The notes beneath the pieces were generated by a model. That model did no database searches. It had not been told where the DNA came from and saw only the letters and a list, made by a program, of their open reading frames with translations. Positions 20,914 through 32,013 of a stretch of 64,000 nt of DNA are shown piece by piece (the stretch's first letter is position 1; each line of letters opens with the position of its first letter). The stretch comes from an uncultured Poribacteria bacterium (lineage in GTDB: Bacteria; Poribacteria; WGA-4E; WGA-3G): assembly GCA_951813565.1 (NCBI GenBank), contig OX638351.1:1152001-1216000 (forward strand). The letters run 5' to 3'. The position numbers and the translations under genes were made by a program.

Positions 20914-22644
20914 TTATTCCGATTCTGAAATCGTTATTGTTTGATTGATAGGTATATTCTCTAATTTTTGTACTGTCCCACTTGGCCACTCAATAACAAT
21001 ACTATTTACTTCCTCGGCCATATTCAAACCAAACAGCAACCGCAAATCGCTTCCCGAAGCATAACTTGAACCGCTTTTTACTTCAGATACCTGTGTGATG
21101 TTACCTGATATGAGTTTCACCTTTGCACCAATACCATCACGATTGCTCTGCGTTCCAACAAGTTTAACACCGAGCCAGTTTTTCCGATTTCCGCCTTCGT
21201 TTTTGAGCAGGACAGCACGTTGATTTGAATTCATTACGACTATATCAATGTCACCATCGTTGTCGTAGTCTGCTGAAGCGGCTGCCCTACCGACGAGTTT
21301 CTCTAAAAAATAAGCACCAGAAGTTTGTGATACATCTGTATAGGTGCCGTCACCGTTGTTGTGAAACAGCTGATCGCGTTGTGCGAAAGTTTCATAGTCC
21401 GTTAGTTGTTCAATTACCTCTTGTGGGTGTCCATTTGCACAGAATATATCCAAGTGTCCATCGTTATCGTAATCCAAGAAAAGTGGGCTAAAACCAACAA
21501 ATGGCAAGGTTGGTTTTTGTAATAAACTCTCCACAGTAGCCTCCTCAAAGAAAAAATCACCATCACCAAGATTTTGTAGTTTATAGAGTGTCGCTTTCTC
21601 GGAATTCGCAACGATGATGTCAAACCAACCGTCACGATTATAATCTCCAACGTCTACTCCCATAGAACCTTCTGCAACCCCATTTTCATCATATCCTACG
21701 CCGAGGAATAAGCTTTCATCCGTAAAAGTGCCATCTCTGTTATTATGATATAAGAAATTACGCCCTGTGTCATTCGCAACGTAGATGTCTGGAAACCGAT
21801 CATTGTCGTAATCACAAACAACTGCCGCCATGCCCCGCCCTTCACTCGGATTTACTAAACCGGCTATGTCGGCAACGTTTGTAAAGGTGCCATCACCATT
21901 GTTTCTATAGAGGACATCTGCTGTTCCCTCATAACTTCGCGGGTGTCCATAACCGACTATCCCCTTATAAGTCGTTACGGGCATTGACAATTGATAAATG
22001 AGATAGTTGACAACAAAAATATCCAAATCACCGTCCAAATCATAATCGAGAAAAACCGCTGCAATACCCCAGAGCGAATTATCAATACCTGCTGCCTTTG
22101 TTATATCCGTAAAAGTGCCATCACCATTGTTTTGGTAGAGGGTATCCTGACCAAAGTTACAAACATAGAGATCGAGGTCACCGTCGTTATCAATGTCTCC
22201 TGCGGATGCAGCCATGCCGTAGCCTGTGTCTCCTGTTCCAGAAGGATCGGTAACATCTGTGAAGCGTCCGTTTCCTTCGTTCTGAAAGAGCGCGTTTCTG
22301 GCAGCTTGGAATTCGCTCTTAGGAACGTTTTTCTCTGGGACCGGCCCACTGTTCACGAAATAGAGGTCAGCATCACCGTCCATGTCATAGTCAAAAAAGA
22401 CTGCACCTGAACCCATTGTTTCTATGATGTGCTTATGTTCGGTTTTACCGTTGTTATGTTTGAAATCTATTCCAACTTCTTTGGTAACATCCACGAAGAC
22501 AGGTAGTTGTTCAGCAGAACTGCAAATTACAAATATAATGGGAGCAAACAAGGGGATTAAAATAGATTTTAACATTAGGGAACTCGTTGAAGGGAGAGAC
22601 CTATTTTTGGGTTTTTTCTGCTGTTTTTGCCACCCGAAAACCAA
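20914..22644 (-). CDS. CRTAC1-family FG-GAP repeat / ASPIC-UnbV protein
   Basis: Many DYDxDGDxD repeats; SNRDGIGAKV...LLFGL C-terminal domain. Real start probably near 22575. Confidence 0.9.
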   Translation of the reverse strand: MVFGWQKQQKKPKNRSLPSTSSLMLKSILIPLFAPIIFVICSSAEQLPVFVDVTKEVGIDFKHNNGKTEHKHIIETMGSGAVFFDYDMDGDADLYFVNSGPVPEKNVPKSEFQAARNALFQNEGNGRFTDVTDPSGTGDTGYGMAASAGDIDNDGDLDLYVCNFGQDTLYQNNGDGTFTDITKAAGIDNSLWGIAAVFLDYDLDGDLDIFVVNYLIYQLSMPVTTYKGIVGYGHPRSYEGTADVLYRNNGDGTFTNVADIAGLVNPSEGRGMAAVVCDYDNDRFPDIYVANDTGRNFLYHNNRDGTFTDESLFLGVGYDENGVAEGSMGVDVGDYNRDGWFDIIVANSEKATLYKLQNLGDGDFFFEEATVESLLQKPTLPFVGFSPLFLDYDNDGHLDIFCANGHPQEVIEQLTDYETFAQRDQLFHNNGDGTYTDVSQTSGAYFLEKLVGRAAASADYDNDGDIDIVVMNSNQRAVLLKNEGGNRKNWLGVKLVGTQSNRDGIGAKVKLISGNITQVSEVKSGSSYASGSDLRLLFGLNMAEEVNSIVIEWPSGTVQKLENIPINQTITISESE

Positions 22645-23437
22645 CGGAGGATGTTTTCAAGGTAGGGTAGAAATAATATCGAAAGGTTGTACTACATCGT
22701 GGAAGTGAATCAATCCATGAACCGCCTCGAATTACACGCCAACTACCTACAGTTGGTCCTGTAGGATTCTTCTTTGGACTGTGAAAATAGTAGACGTCGC
22801 TGTACCAGTCTGCTGTCCATTCCCACACGTTACCTGCCATATCCATAACGCCATAATAACTCTTTCCCTTTGGAAAACTACCGACCGGCGCGATAAGGTT
22901 TTCATATCCATCATTTTTGTCAGCAGTATTCGCATAAGGTTTTATAGCATTGCCCCAGGGCCAGGTTCTGTCTGTATAACCACGAGCTGCCTTTTCCCAT
23001 TCTGCTTCTGTTGGGAGTCGCATGCCTTTCCATTCAGCGTAAGCCTTTGCATCATCCCACGATACACCAACAACTGGGTGATTAGGTAGTTTTGTAGCGC
23101 GTTCAGGCCAATCGCCAATATGGGGAAGATGGGTGAAATTTTCTGGTGTGTGTTGGGTTGCTTCAGGTGAAGATTCAGGATGATTGTTCTGCAAACTGCG
23201 CCAAAATTCGTAATACTCCGTGTTGGTAACCTCATATTTACTGATATAATAAGCATCAAGATATACCTTATGTACTGGTCTTTCATCTGGGGCGCGTTTG
23301 TCATTTCCCATTGTAAATGTTCCTGCGGGGACCAATATCATCTGATTTTCTTTTTTCTCCGCAGACACGCTTATAGAAAAGACAACATTCAATAGAAGAA
23401 TTAGGGCAGTTGTAGAAAATAACCTAATATTCAACAT
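22601..23437 (-). CDS. FGE-sulfatase (SUMF1-like) domain protein
   Basis: RLPTEAEWEKAARG, DMAGNVWEW, RGGSW and GFRV; signal peptide. Confidence 0.9.
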   Translation of the reverse strand: MLNIRLFSTTALILLLNVVFSISVSAEKKENQMILVPAGTFTMGNDKRAPDERPVHKVYLDAYYISKYEVTNTEYYEFWRSLQNNHPESSPEATQHTPENFTHLPHIGDWPERATKLPNHPVVGVSWDDAKAYAEWKGMRLPTEAEWEKAARGYTDRTWPWGNAIKPYANTADKNDGYENLIAPVGSFPKGKSYYGVMDMAGNVWEWTADWYSDVYYFHSPKKNPTGPTVGSWRVIRGGSWIDSLPRCSTTFRYYFYPTLKTSSVGFRVAKTAEKTQK

Positions 23438-23464
23438 ATCTGTCCGGTTTTTAGTGTGATACGG

Positions 23465-24670
23465 TTATCGATTTTTCTTCTGTTTTGACAAGAAATATTC
23501 ATACGCTTGATGATGTTCCTTGGCAAGTTGATGATTTCCGATACTTTCATACAGCTTTGAAAGGTTGAGATGATAGTAGGGTTGTTCTCCATCTAATTCA
23601 ATTGCTTTGCGAAATGCTGGGATTGCATTTCGAACATCTCCCAACCTTGCGTAAGTGCTACCAAGCGTATTATACAAAACCGCTATATTAGGGGCTAATT
23701 GAATAGCCTTGCGAACTGATTCTTGGGCATGTTTAGGATAATTTAGGTTGAGAAATGCTTGGCTGAGTCCGTGATAAAAACTTGCAATAACATCTGCAGA
23801 CATTTTTTGTTTGTTGGCAATCTCAATACATTTCTGGAAGACTGGTACCACATCATTATATTTTTTTTGTTGCATTAACACATTTGCCAAACCCCGCCAT
23901 GCTTGAAGGTTATTCGGCTCAGTACGAGTTAGGCGAGTGAAACGTTCGTATTCAGCATATTCTTTTTGTAACTGCTGATATATTTGCATCTCTTTTTTGC
24001 TTTTCTCTCTATCACCCATACGGAGATACGCTGTACCGAGTCCATAATGAGGTTCTGCGTAGCGAGACGGTCCAAACTTTATTGCTTTCGTAAAGTTTTC
24101 TATCGCTTGAGGATAATCCTTCAAACTGAGATAGGCAGTTCCAAGATCATTATAGCTTCCTGCGGCATCGGGTTTTAGCGCAATAGCGCGTGTTAAAACA
24201 TCAACAGCCTCCGAAAATTGACGCTGCTTGAGGTAGACTTTTCCAAGGAGTTCATGCCCGCGTGCATGTTGCGGAGATAGTGTTATCAGTTTTCGTAAAG
24301 GTTCAACTGCATCTGTCCACTGATTGAGTTTAAAATAGACAAGGCTTAACGAATGTAACCCTTCAATATTATCTGGCTTTAGTTCCAAAGAGCGTTGGTA
24401 AACTTCAACTGCTTTGTTCCAAAATTTTTCTTGTGCATACGCTACGCCTAAATAGTGCAGAATTTCATAGTGTTTCGGTTCAGCAGCAAGTGCTGATTCA
24501 AATGCTTCTATTGCTCCTTGATTGTTTCCTTGGAATAGAAAAACAAACCCTTGTTCCACATGCTGCACATATCTGGCATGATCGTCTTTTTCAGCGGTGA
24601 GTGCAGATAGTGGTAAACACAGATAAAGTATGACCAAGATTTTCAACTGATTTCGCATTTGATTACTCAA
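23465..24670 (-). CDS. Tetratricopeptide repeat protein
   Basis: Multiple TPR motifs (LGxAY...A...F..AI.L.P); signal peptide. Confidence 0.9.
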   Translation of the reverse strand: MSNQMRNQLKILVILYLCLPLSALTAEKDDHARYVQHVEQGFVFLFQGNNQGAIEAFESALAAEPKHYEILHYLGVAYAQEKFWNKAVEVYQRSLELKPDNIEGLHSLSLVYFKLNQWTDAVEPLRKLITLSPQHARGHELLGKVYLKQRQFSEAVDVLTRAIALKPDAAGSYNDLGTAYLSLKDYPQAIENFTKAIKFGPSRYAEPHYGLGTAYLRMGDREKSKKEMQIYQQLQKEYAEYERFTRLTRTEPNNLQAWRGLANVLMQQKKYNDVVPVFQKCIEIANKQKMSADVIASFYHGLSQAFLNLNYPKHAQESVRKAIQLAPNIAVLYNTLGSTYARLGDVRNAIPAFRKAIELDGEQPYYHLNLSKLYESIGNHQLAKEHHQAYEYFLSKQKKNR

Positions 24671-25025
24671 TTTTCCTTCAATATTCTTGTTAATAAGAAT
24701 TCAAGAGATAGATATGATGTATACTCTATAAGATATTAACGCTATTCCGAAAAAAAATCAATCTCTTTCTTCATAATCACAAAGTCGTCGATTTTCAAAT
24801 TTGATCTATATTTTAGTGAGAATAGCGACCAGGTGGTATCTCCTACAGTAAGAAGTTTGGGATAAAGATCAAACTTCTGGAGGATTGAACGGTTCTGTGA
24901 TCCACGTAAAAAAACTTGCATAAAATTCCATAATAAGGTATCCTTTTTAAAATTGGTTGTGTCTTGCAACATCCTCTACAAGATAAGAGGATTAATCATA
25001 ACCTTGATAGACTGGAGGAATCTGG

Positions 25026-25724
25026 ATGGCGCATACACTATCCATTGTGATTCCGATTTACAATGAGGCTGAGCATTTAGAGGAAATTTTACGACAAATA
25101 AATGCGGTCGAAATCGGCATGGAAAAAGAACTTATTCTGGTCGATGATTGTTCAACGGACGGGACGCGCAAGATTTTAGAAAAACTCCAAAATTCTGCTA
25201 AAAATTCTGCTAAAATATTTTATCATGAAATAAACCGGGGTAAAGGCGCGACCTTGCGGACCGGTTTTCAACATATTACAGGAGAAATTACCCTTATACA
25301 GGATGCGGATTTAGAATATGATCCACAAGATTACCCGAAATTGCTTGAACCTATTTTGACAAACAAAGCGGATGTTGTGTATGGCTCACGATTTATGGCG
25401 GGACGGCAAGAAGGTTTATTACGGAGTTACCTTGCGAACCGATTTCTTACTTCTCTGTCAAACTTTGTTAATGGCACAAAATTAACAGACATGGAAACCT
25501 GTTATAAGGTCATTAAAACTGATATTTTGAAAGATATATCGTTATGTTCAGACAGATTTGGTTTTGAACCAGAAATTACTGCGAAATTAGCGAAACGCAA
25601 ATGCAAAATTGTTGATGTCCCAATTAGTTATCGCGGTAGAGATTATCATGAAGGAAAAACTGTAAGTTGGAAAGATGGTGTTGCAGCGGTTTTTCACATT
25701 CTAAGGTTCCGTTTTTTTTCTTAA
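25026..25724 (+). CDS. GT2 glycosyltransferase (DPM1-like)
   Basis: SIVIPIYNE, VDDCSTDGT, QDADLEYDP and FGFEPEIT. Confidence 0.92.
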   Translation: MAHTLSIVIPIYNEAEHLEEILRQINAVEIGMEKELILVDDCSTDGTRKILEKLQNSAKNSAKIFYHEINRGKGATLRTGFQHITGEITLIQDADLEYDPQDYPKLLEPILTNKADVVYGSRFMAGRQEGLLRSYLANRFLTSLSNFVNGTKLTDMETCYKVIKTDILKDISLCSDRFGFEPEITAKLAKRKCKIVDVPISYRGRDYHEGKTVSWKDGVAAVFHILRFRFFS

Positions 25725-25779
25725 ATCCACCATTTACAAGGAGCATCAATTAACAGACCGTACTAAAGGTTGAGAGTCT

Positions 25780-27555
25780 ATGGGAAATTTGCAGGATTTA
25801 CTAAAAGAGGTTGACGATATCCTCAATTCATCTGATGGCTTGCAAACACAGATACCTTTAGCACAACCAGAAGAACAAGATGATGAAATTCTAAAAGCAT
25901 TGAGTCAATACTTTCAATATGATACTTTTCGACATGGGCAACGGGAAATAATTGAAGCGATTTTGAATGAGGAGAATGTTTTTGCAGTATTTCCAACTGG
26001 ACATGGAAAATCTTTGTGTTATCAGTTACCTGCATTAATGTTACCTGGAACAACAGTTGTTGTATCGCCGCTCATTTCGTTAATGAAAGACCAAGTAGAT
26101 GCGCTAAAAGAGCGGGGAATAGAGTCTGCATCGCTAATAAATAGCACACTAAGCTGGGAAGAATATCGCCTTGAATTGAATAGATTAAAACAAAATAAGA
26201 TAAAACTACTCTATATTTCTCCAGAACGTTTGCGCAGTCGTAGGTTTTTAGATATACTGAATTCTGTACTTATCTCTCTATTTGTCATTGATGAGGCACA
26301 CTGTATTTCCCAATGGGGGCACGATTTTCGTCCTGCTTATCTTTCAATCTGTGATGCCATTGACACACTTTATCCGCGTGCAATTGCCCTTTTCACAGCA
26401 ACTGCACCGCCAGACATCCGAGAAGATATTCTGGAAATTCTGAAGATCCCAGAACCGCGAGTCCTGGTGCAGGGAATTGAACGACCTAACCTGAGACTTG
26501 CTGTTCACAAAAGCGAAGACGAGGAACAGAAATATACGTTACTTGAGAAAAGTATAAGTTCGCTTAAAGGAAATGGTATTATCTATGCCGGGCGCCGAAT
26601 CGAAACTGAAGAAATTGCGAAGTTTCTCCAAGAGCAAGGATATCGTACTGAGTATTACCATGCGGGGCGCGATCTGCACGAACGCAAACAGATACAGGAA
26701 GCGTTTTTTGATGATAGCCGGAATGGGTTAGACATTGTTGTTGCTACGAATGCTTTTGGTATGGGTATTGATAAAGCGAATATTCGGTATATTATTCATT
26801 GGACAATGACCGGCACCCTGGAGGAATACTGTCAAGAGGTCGGACGTGCTGGTAGAGATGAAAAAGATTCAGATTGTCTTTTATTCTATTTTCATGAAGA
26901 CCGCGAGTTACACGAATGGTTCATCAAAGAGAGTGCTCCCGACAAACCTTCACTCCTAAAACTGCTACGAACACTGGAGAATTTGAAAGGGACAGGACAA
27001 TATCGCTTGGTAGCAATGGATGAGTTGGAGTTGGAGGTTGGCGATAAGATAGCAAAAATACAGGTTGGACTTGCCTATCTGGAAAAACTCGGTTTTCTTA
27101 AAAGATGGCATAACGTTCCGTCTCAAATCTCTGTCCGGTTGAGAACGCGACCGACAGACGGGACATCAATCCAGTCTGAACTTTATACACATCTGCGTCA
27201 GCGGCGAATGACAGATATTTTGAGTTTTTGCCGAGACCTTGAACTGAGTCCACGGCGGGTTATGGAACAACTCGCAGAACTTCAAAGTGAGGGACACCTT
27301 CAGTATTGGGGTAAGAATGATCTAATGCTGATTGAATTGCTAAAGGATAGTGAACTTTTGTCAACTCTTTCTGAAGAACAGATGGGGCTTGGGGACTATG
27401 TGAAATACAAACGTAGTAGAATTGACAGAATGGTTCGCTATGCTGCAACTGATGAGTGTAGGATAAAAGTTATTCGCGATTATTTCGGGGAGGAAGTGTC
27501 AGAGGATTATCGGTGTGGGACGTGCGATAACTGCTCAACAAATGCCGCGATATAA
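25780..27555 (+). CDS. recQ: RecQ-family ATP-dependent DNA helicase
   Basis: PTGHGKSLCYQLP, DEAHCISQWGHDFRP, QEVGRAGRD and C-terminal Zn site CGTCDNC. Confidence 0.92.
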   Translation: MGNLQDLLKEVDDILNSSDGLQTQIPLAQPEEQDDEILKALSQYFQYDTFRHGQREIIEAILNEENVFAVFPTGHGKSLCYQLPALMLPGTTVVVSPLISLMKDQVDALKERGIESASLINSTLSWEEYRLELNRLKQNKIKLLYISPERLRSRRFLDILNSVLISLFVIDEAHCISQWGHDFRPAYLSICDAIDTLYPRAIALFTATAPPDIREDILEILKIPEPRVLVQGIERPNLRLAVHKSEDEEQKYTLLEKSISSLKGNGIIYAGRRIETEEIAKFLQEQGYRTEYYHAGRDLHERKQIQEAFFDDSRNGLDIVVATNAFGMGIDKANIRYIIHWTMTGTLEEYCQEVGRAGRDEKDSDCLLFYFHEDRELHEWFIKESAPDKPSLLKLLRTLENLKGTGQYRLVAMDELELEVGDKIAKIQVGLAYLEKLGFLKRWHNVPSQISVRLRTRPTDGTSIQSELYTHLRQRRMTDILSFCRDLELSPRRVMEQLAELQSEGHLQYWGKNDLMLIELLKDSELLSTLSEEQMGLGDYVKYKRSRIDRMVRYAATDECRIKVIRDYFGEEVSEDYRCGTCDNCSTNAAI

Positions 27556-27586
27556 TCTGTTGTGCGGACATTGTTTCTGTTAACTA

Positions 27587-27736
27587 ACCCAAGTTGCTAC
27601 CTTGTAGCACGAACTTTTAGTTTGTGCCTGTGAGGACGCAAACTGAAAGTTTGCGCTACGATATTCGCGAATAATGAACTTTTCTTGATTAAAACAGCAT
27701 CTGTCTGTCTAAAATCTTGTGCGTGGCAACTTAGGT
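27587..27736. mobile_element. MITE family A with REP doublet
   Basis: acccaagttgctac ... gtggcaacttaggt; 6-bp TSD taacta; sits between convergent recQ and larC. Confidence 0.75.
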
Positions 27737-27774
27737 TAACTAACGATGAGTTATTGTGATTGGCTTGGATGGGT

Positions 27775-29043
27775 TTAAATTTTGCGAAGTGCTTCTTGAA
27801 AGACAGATTGAAGAGAAACACCATTTTGTTCGGCAAGAGATCTGCAATCCTCATACTCCGGCACTGTTTTGATTAGATCGCCGTTTAAATAGCCGCGTTT
27901 AGCTCGGACGGGACCCCATTGGGTATTGATTTCCATATAATCACGATTGAGTATGACACGGTCGGCAGCATAAAATCGAACACCGAAAGTAGTTGTTTCT
28001 GTTAGAAGAACTTTTGTCAACAGATCCCGTATGTTGGATGGGCAAAGTACGTTTATTTGGATTGCGGGTCTGCCTTTCTTCATAAGAATAGGAACGAAAA
28101 ATACATCTAATGCACCTTGCTCAAAAAGTTTGTCCATCACATAGCCGGAAATTTCGGGAGACATGTCATCCACATTCGTTTCAATGATTTGTATACTATC
28201 GCTGAAACCGAGGGCAGAGTCGTTTGAGGCCGGTGATGAGTCTTCGGTTGAAACTGAATGGTCATGTCCATGTTTAATGCTGTTCAAAGAAGATTTTTCA
28301 CCGATACAAATACGCAGGAGATTTGGTTGCATATCAAGGTCTCTGGTGCCAGCACCGTAACCGATTTGGTTGATGGTCATATTAGGCATAACCCCAAAGG
28401 CTTTAGCAAGAGTAGTGATGATGGCAGCACCTGTAGGTGTAACTAATTCTTTGGGTATGTCGGTTTGGCGGATTGGTACTCCGTGTAAAAGTTCCATTGT
28501 GCCCGGCACAGGCACAGGCATCATACCGTGGGCACATTTAACAAAACCACGCCCAAGCGAAAGAGGTGAAGCGTAAACATCTTCAACGCCAAGTTCTGCT
28601 AAACCGATGACAGCACCAACAATGTCCACGATAGAATCAATCCCGCTGACTTCGTGGAGATGTACTTTGGCTTTATCAGTGTTATGTACTTTGGCTTCGG
28701 CTTCAGCAAGTCTGTCAAATATGTGTTTAGCAGTATCACGAATGTTCGTTTTGAGGTCACTTGCATCAAGTAGGGCAAAAATCTCAGAGAGGTGTCTGCT
28801 GGGGCCGTGGGTGTGTTTATGATTATGTCCTTCGTGTGAATTCTCGGAAGTTTCAACTACTACTTGCGTTCCAGTGATACCGTGTTTCGTTGCTTTTTGG
28901 AAATGGAGACTGAATTCAGCATCTACATTTAGTTTCGCGAGTTCGGTTGTTAGTACCTCTGGGTCAACTCCCGCATCAATGACAGCACCGAGAACCATGT
29001 CACCACTAATACCTGAGAAGCAGTCAAAATATACGATTTTCAA
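27775..29043 (-). CDS. larC: Nickel pincer cofactor biosynthesis protein LarC
   Basis: YFDCFSGISGDM, His-rich insert, VHLHEV, ELVTPTGAA, ETNVDD and PEYEDC; TTG start after AAAGGA. Confidence 0.92.
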   Translation of the reverse strand: MKIVYFDCFSGISGDMVLGAVIDAGVDPEVLTTELAKLNVDAEFSLHFQKATKHGITGTQVVVETSENSHEGHNHKHTHGPSRHLSEIFALLDASDLKTNIRDTAKHIFDRLAEAEAKVHNTDKAKVHLHEVSGIDSIVDIVGAVIGLAELGVEDVYASPLSLGRGFVKCAHGMMPVPVPGTMELLHGVPIRQTDIPKELVTPTGAAIITTLAKAFGVMPNMTINQIGYGAGTRDLDMQPNLLRICIGEKSSLNSIKHGHDHSVSTEDSSPASNDSALGFSDSIQIIETNVDDMSPEISGYVMDKLFEQGALDVFFVPILMKKGRPAIQINVLCPSNIRDLLTKVLLTETTTFGVRFYAADRVILNRDYMEINTQWGPVRAKRGYLNGDLIKTVPEYEDCRSLAEQNGVSLQSVFQEALRKI

Positions 29044-29163
29044 TCGGGATTCCTTTAGTTGAGCGGTTGGAATTGAGGTGATGTGTCTATAAGTTGTTGC
29101 AGAACTTGCTAAGTCCTGCAACATGCTTGGTTTGTTTTTTAGATGTTAATGATGGGGCAAATT

Positions 29164-30840
29164 TTAATATTTTTGAAACAATTCTTTCAATAACTCTTTC
29201 GGTTCGTGCCGCCTAAGTTTATTGAGCGCCTCAACTTCGATTTGCCTAACCCGTTCACGACTAATTTCGAGTTTTGTACCGATATCAGCAAGCGTATATT
29301 CGGTTCCATCAATTAATCCGTAGCGCAGGACAATAACGTGAGTTTCGCGTGGGTTGAGCGTCCTGTTGAGGACTTCTTCTAACGCTTCAATTTTGGAGAA
29401 GTTAACTAATTCTGTTTCAGGTGTGATTTGAGAATCATCTGGAATTATGTCCCGGATTGGCACTTCTGGTGCTGTCTCATTAATCGGTGCATCCAACGAA
29501 ATAGGGTCTTTCGTCGCTTGCAGGATTTCATCAACCTTTTTCTCAGGGAGTTTAACCTCTTGTGCGACCTCTTTAGTTGTCGGTTCACGACCAAGTTTTG
29601 CAGTAAGATTGGACTGCACCTGTTTAATCAGCCTGCGTGTTTCACCGATATAACACGGCACACGAATGATCTGTCCTTGCTGGTCTAATGCACGTTTAAT
29701 CGATTGCATTACCCACCAAGTGGCATAAGTGCTGAAGCGGTATCGGAGTGTGTGGTCGAATTTCTCAACCGCCTTCATGAGTCCAATGCTTCCTTCCTGC
29801 ATAAGATCAAGGAAGGTCAAAGCTGTTTTGTTGAAATGGTGTTGTTTAGCAATACTCGCGACTAATCGTAGGTTTGCCTCAACAATTTTCATTTTTGTGC
29901 CGTGGGCAAGTTTGTCCGCTTCTGTAAGTTTTGATAACAAAACTTTTAGAAATTCCAATTCAGTTTGAAGTTTTTCCAAAAACGGATTTAGTGTGCCCGT
30001 AGTCCACTGTAATTCTAAGGTTTGACCGATCTTTGTATATGCCATTTCATCTAACAAATTTGGGGGCAGTTTGTTCAAAAGTTGCGCTATTTCATATTGT
30101 GTCACAGAAAAAATTTCAAGCAAACGTAATTCTTCTTCCTTTTCAAGCGGCATTGCTTCGGAAAGAGAATTACATTCTATGCTATGAGAAAACGGATTTT
30201 GTTCTTGTTCTGTGGTTGACAACCCAATTTTTTCAGGATTTTTGTACGCTGTTTCAATACTGGCGCGGATTAAACCTCGTGCGTATGCTCGGAACTTTTG
30301 ACCGCGTTCAGGTATCCAACTTTCTATTGCTTTTATAAGACTGAGGTATCCTACCTGCATTAATTCTGGAGACACGGCAACAGCGAATTCTGGATCATTT
30401 ACATATTTTTTTAGGAGATGCAGATTACCCAAAAGAATTTTCGACTTCACATTTTCTAACTTTTTTTGTTTCTTGTTCAGTTTTTTCAGTATGTCTTCTA
30501 TTGGTAGAATATATGTCGAAATTTGATCAATAATTAGTTTATGATCTGTTTGAACCGGTTTTAGATTTTGTTCAGGAATGCTGCGGGTTTTTATTGGAAT
30601 ATCTAACGTATTTATTACCCACTTGGGAAGTTTTTTGAAGTTTGACGCAAAATTTACTATGCCCTCTTGGTATATCTCAAAGAGCGTTTTTTCTTGTTCC
30701 GCATCCAATAACGGGGTCTTAGCAATAGTCTGGAGATAAGCGAAGGTTTCATCCTTTACGGGAGTAGTGTTCACCTCTTTTTTCTCCTCAATAGGAAACA
30801 GGTCAAAATCGACTGAATCTGTAGGGTAAAAGTTTTTCAT
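29164..30840 (-). CDS. Sigma70-family (RpoD-like) factor with duplicated region 1.2/2
   Basis: [38 protein letters not shown] and SRERVRQIE; an extra degenerate region 2 lies upstream. Confidence 0.9.
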   Translation of the reverse strand: MKNFYPTDSVDFDLFPIEEKKEVNTTPVKDETFAYLQTIAKTPLLDAEQEKTLFEIYQEGIVNFASNFKKLPKWVINTLDIPIKTRSIPEQNLKPVQTDHKLIIDQISTYILPIEDILKKLNKKQKKLENVKSKILLGNLHLLKKYVNDPEFAVAVSPELMQVGYLSLIKAIESWIPERGQKFRAYARGLIRASIETAYKNPEKIGLSTTEQEQNPFSHSIECNSLSEAMPLEKEEELRLLEIFSVTQYEIAQLLNKLPPNLLDEMAYTKIGQTLELQWTTGTLNPFLEKLQTELEFLKVLLSKLTEADKLAHGTKMKIVEANLRLVASIAKQHHFNKTALTFLDLMQEGSIGLMKAVEKFDHTLRYRFSTYATWWVMQSIKRALDQQGQIIRVPCYIGETRRLIKQVQSNLTAKLGREPTTKEVAQEVKLPEKKVDEILQATKDPISLDAPINETAPEVPIRDIIPDDSQITPETELVNFSKIEALEEVLNRTLNPRETHVIVLRYGLIDGTEYTLADIGTKLEISRERVRQIEVEALNKLRRHEPKELLKELFQKY

Positions 30841-31089
30841 TTTAGTATTTTCCTCATATCTATGCAGAATTTGTCTACTTTGCATATACACTAATTAACC
30901 TTTTGTATTCCAATCATTTCGTAAGGATAACCGATAATAGAATATTTGTCGCCGAATTCCGTAATAATATTTTAAAAATTTAAACTTACGTTCAAAAAAC
31001 GTCTAACGTTACTGTTTGTTTCAAAAGTTTTCGATGGTATCTATTGCCTGAGGAACTTATTGAAAAACGAAACAAAATGGAGGCAATTT

Positions 31090-31665
31090 ATGCATGAAAA
31101 ACCGCAAAAAGATGTAGTTCAACGTTTATTAGCAGGCGAATCTTTCGCTAACGAAGACCTAACCAATATAGACCTGGCAAACCAATCGCTTGTCAGTGCT
31201 GATTTTTCAGCAGCAAATTTAAGCAGTGCGAACCTTAAAAATGCTGACTTGACGGACGCGAATCTAAATGACGCAAACCTCACTGGAGCAGACCTATCCG
31301 GTGCAATTCTACTACGAACCTATTTAGTAGGAGCAAACCTAACAGAGACAACATTGGAGAATGCTAACCTATTTGGAGCGTTTTTGAGTGGAAGTCTCCT
31401 GTCTGGCACAAATTTTCGCGGTGCTGATCTACGCCGAGCTACGCTTGGATGTCCCCACTGCGTTCCTACTGCTCCCTTCGGCAATCTTACGACTTTTGAA
31501 AACGCTAACCTGGAAGAAGCGATTTTTGGTGAAATCAAATTAGACGGTATCGTCTTACTCGGTGCGAATTTCAAAGGTGCTTATCTTTACGAGGTAGATT
31601 TATCTGAAGCGATCTACCGTGAATCCGATCTGGAGGGTGCTATCACTAAACAAGGACGAAATTAA
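31090..31665 (+). CDS. Pentapeptide repeat protein
   Basis: A(D/N)Lxx repeats; GGAGG SD before ATG at 31090. Confidence 0.9.
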   Translation: MHEKPQKDVVQRLLAGESFANEDLTNIDLANQSLVSADFSAANLSSANLKNADLTDANLNDANLTGADLSGAILLRTYLVGANLTETTLENANLFGAFLSGSLLSGTNFRGADLRRATLGCPHCVPTAPFGNLTTFENANLEEAIFGEIKLDGIVLLGANFKGAYLYEVDLSEAIYRESDLEGAITKQGRN

Positions 31666-32013
31666 GGTATAATTCTGTTGCTGCCATAGTCATAGCGGAA
31701 TTTTGCGTTTAGATCGTTATAATATAATTAACTTTAGAACAAGGTTTTAACATAAGTCGTTCACAACAGCCCTGATCTGCCAAAGGTCGGGGCTTGTGTT
31801 TCTTCGTATGAAAATTCTCTTCAGAATAGGACCAGTTATACTGTAAAAGAATAAAGCCGATATAAATTTGTTGAAACGTTAATTTAGCCTGCATAGTATT
31901 GAGACGTTTTTAAATCCAATTAGTTTACAAGTGCCTAAATTTTTTACATTTTTATGTTGGTCCTGAACCGTAGCAGTCGTTTGCTTTACAAACTGTCTAA
32001 ATTCTTCCACAAA

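Noticed and set aside
22601..23437. True formylglycine-generating enzyme for the nearby sulfatase
   Set aside because: It lacks the catalytic Cys pair in the RGGS region and has a signal peptide; FGE-like fold only.
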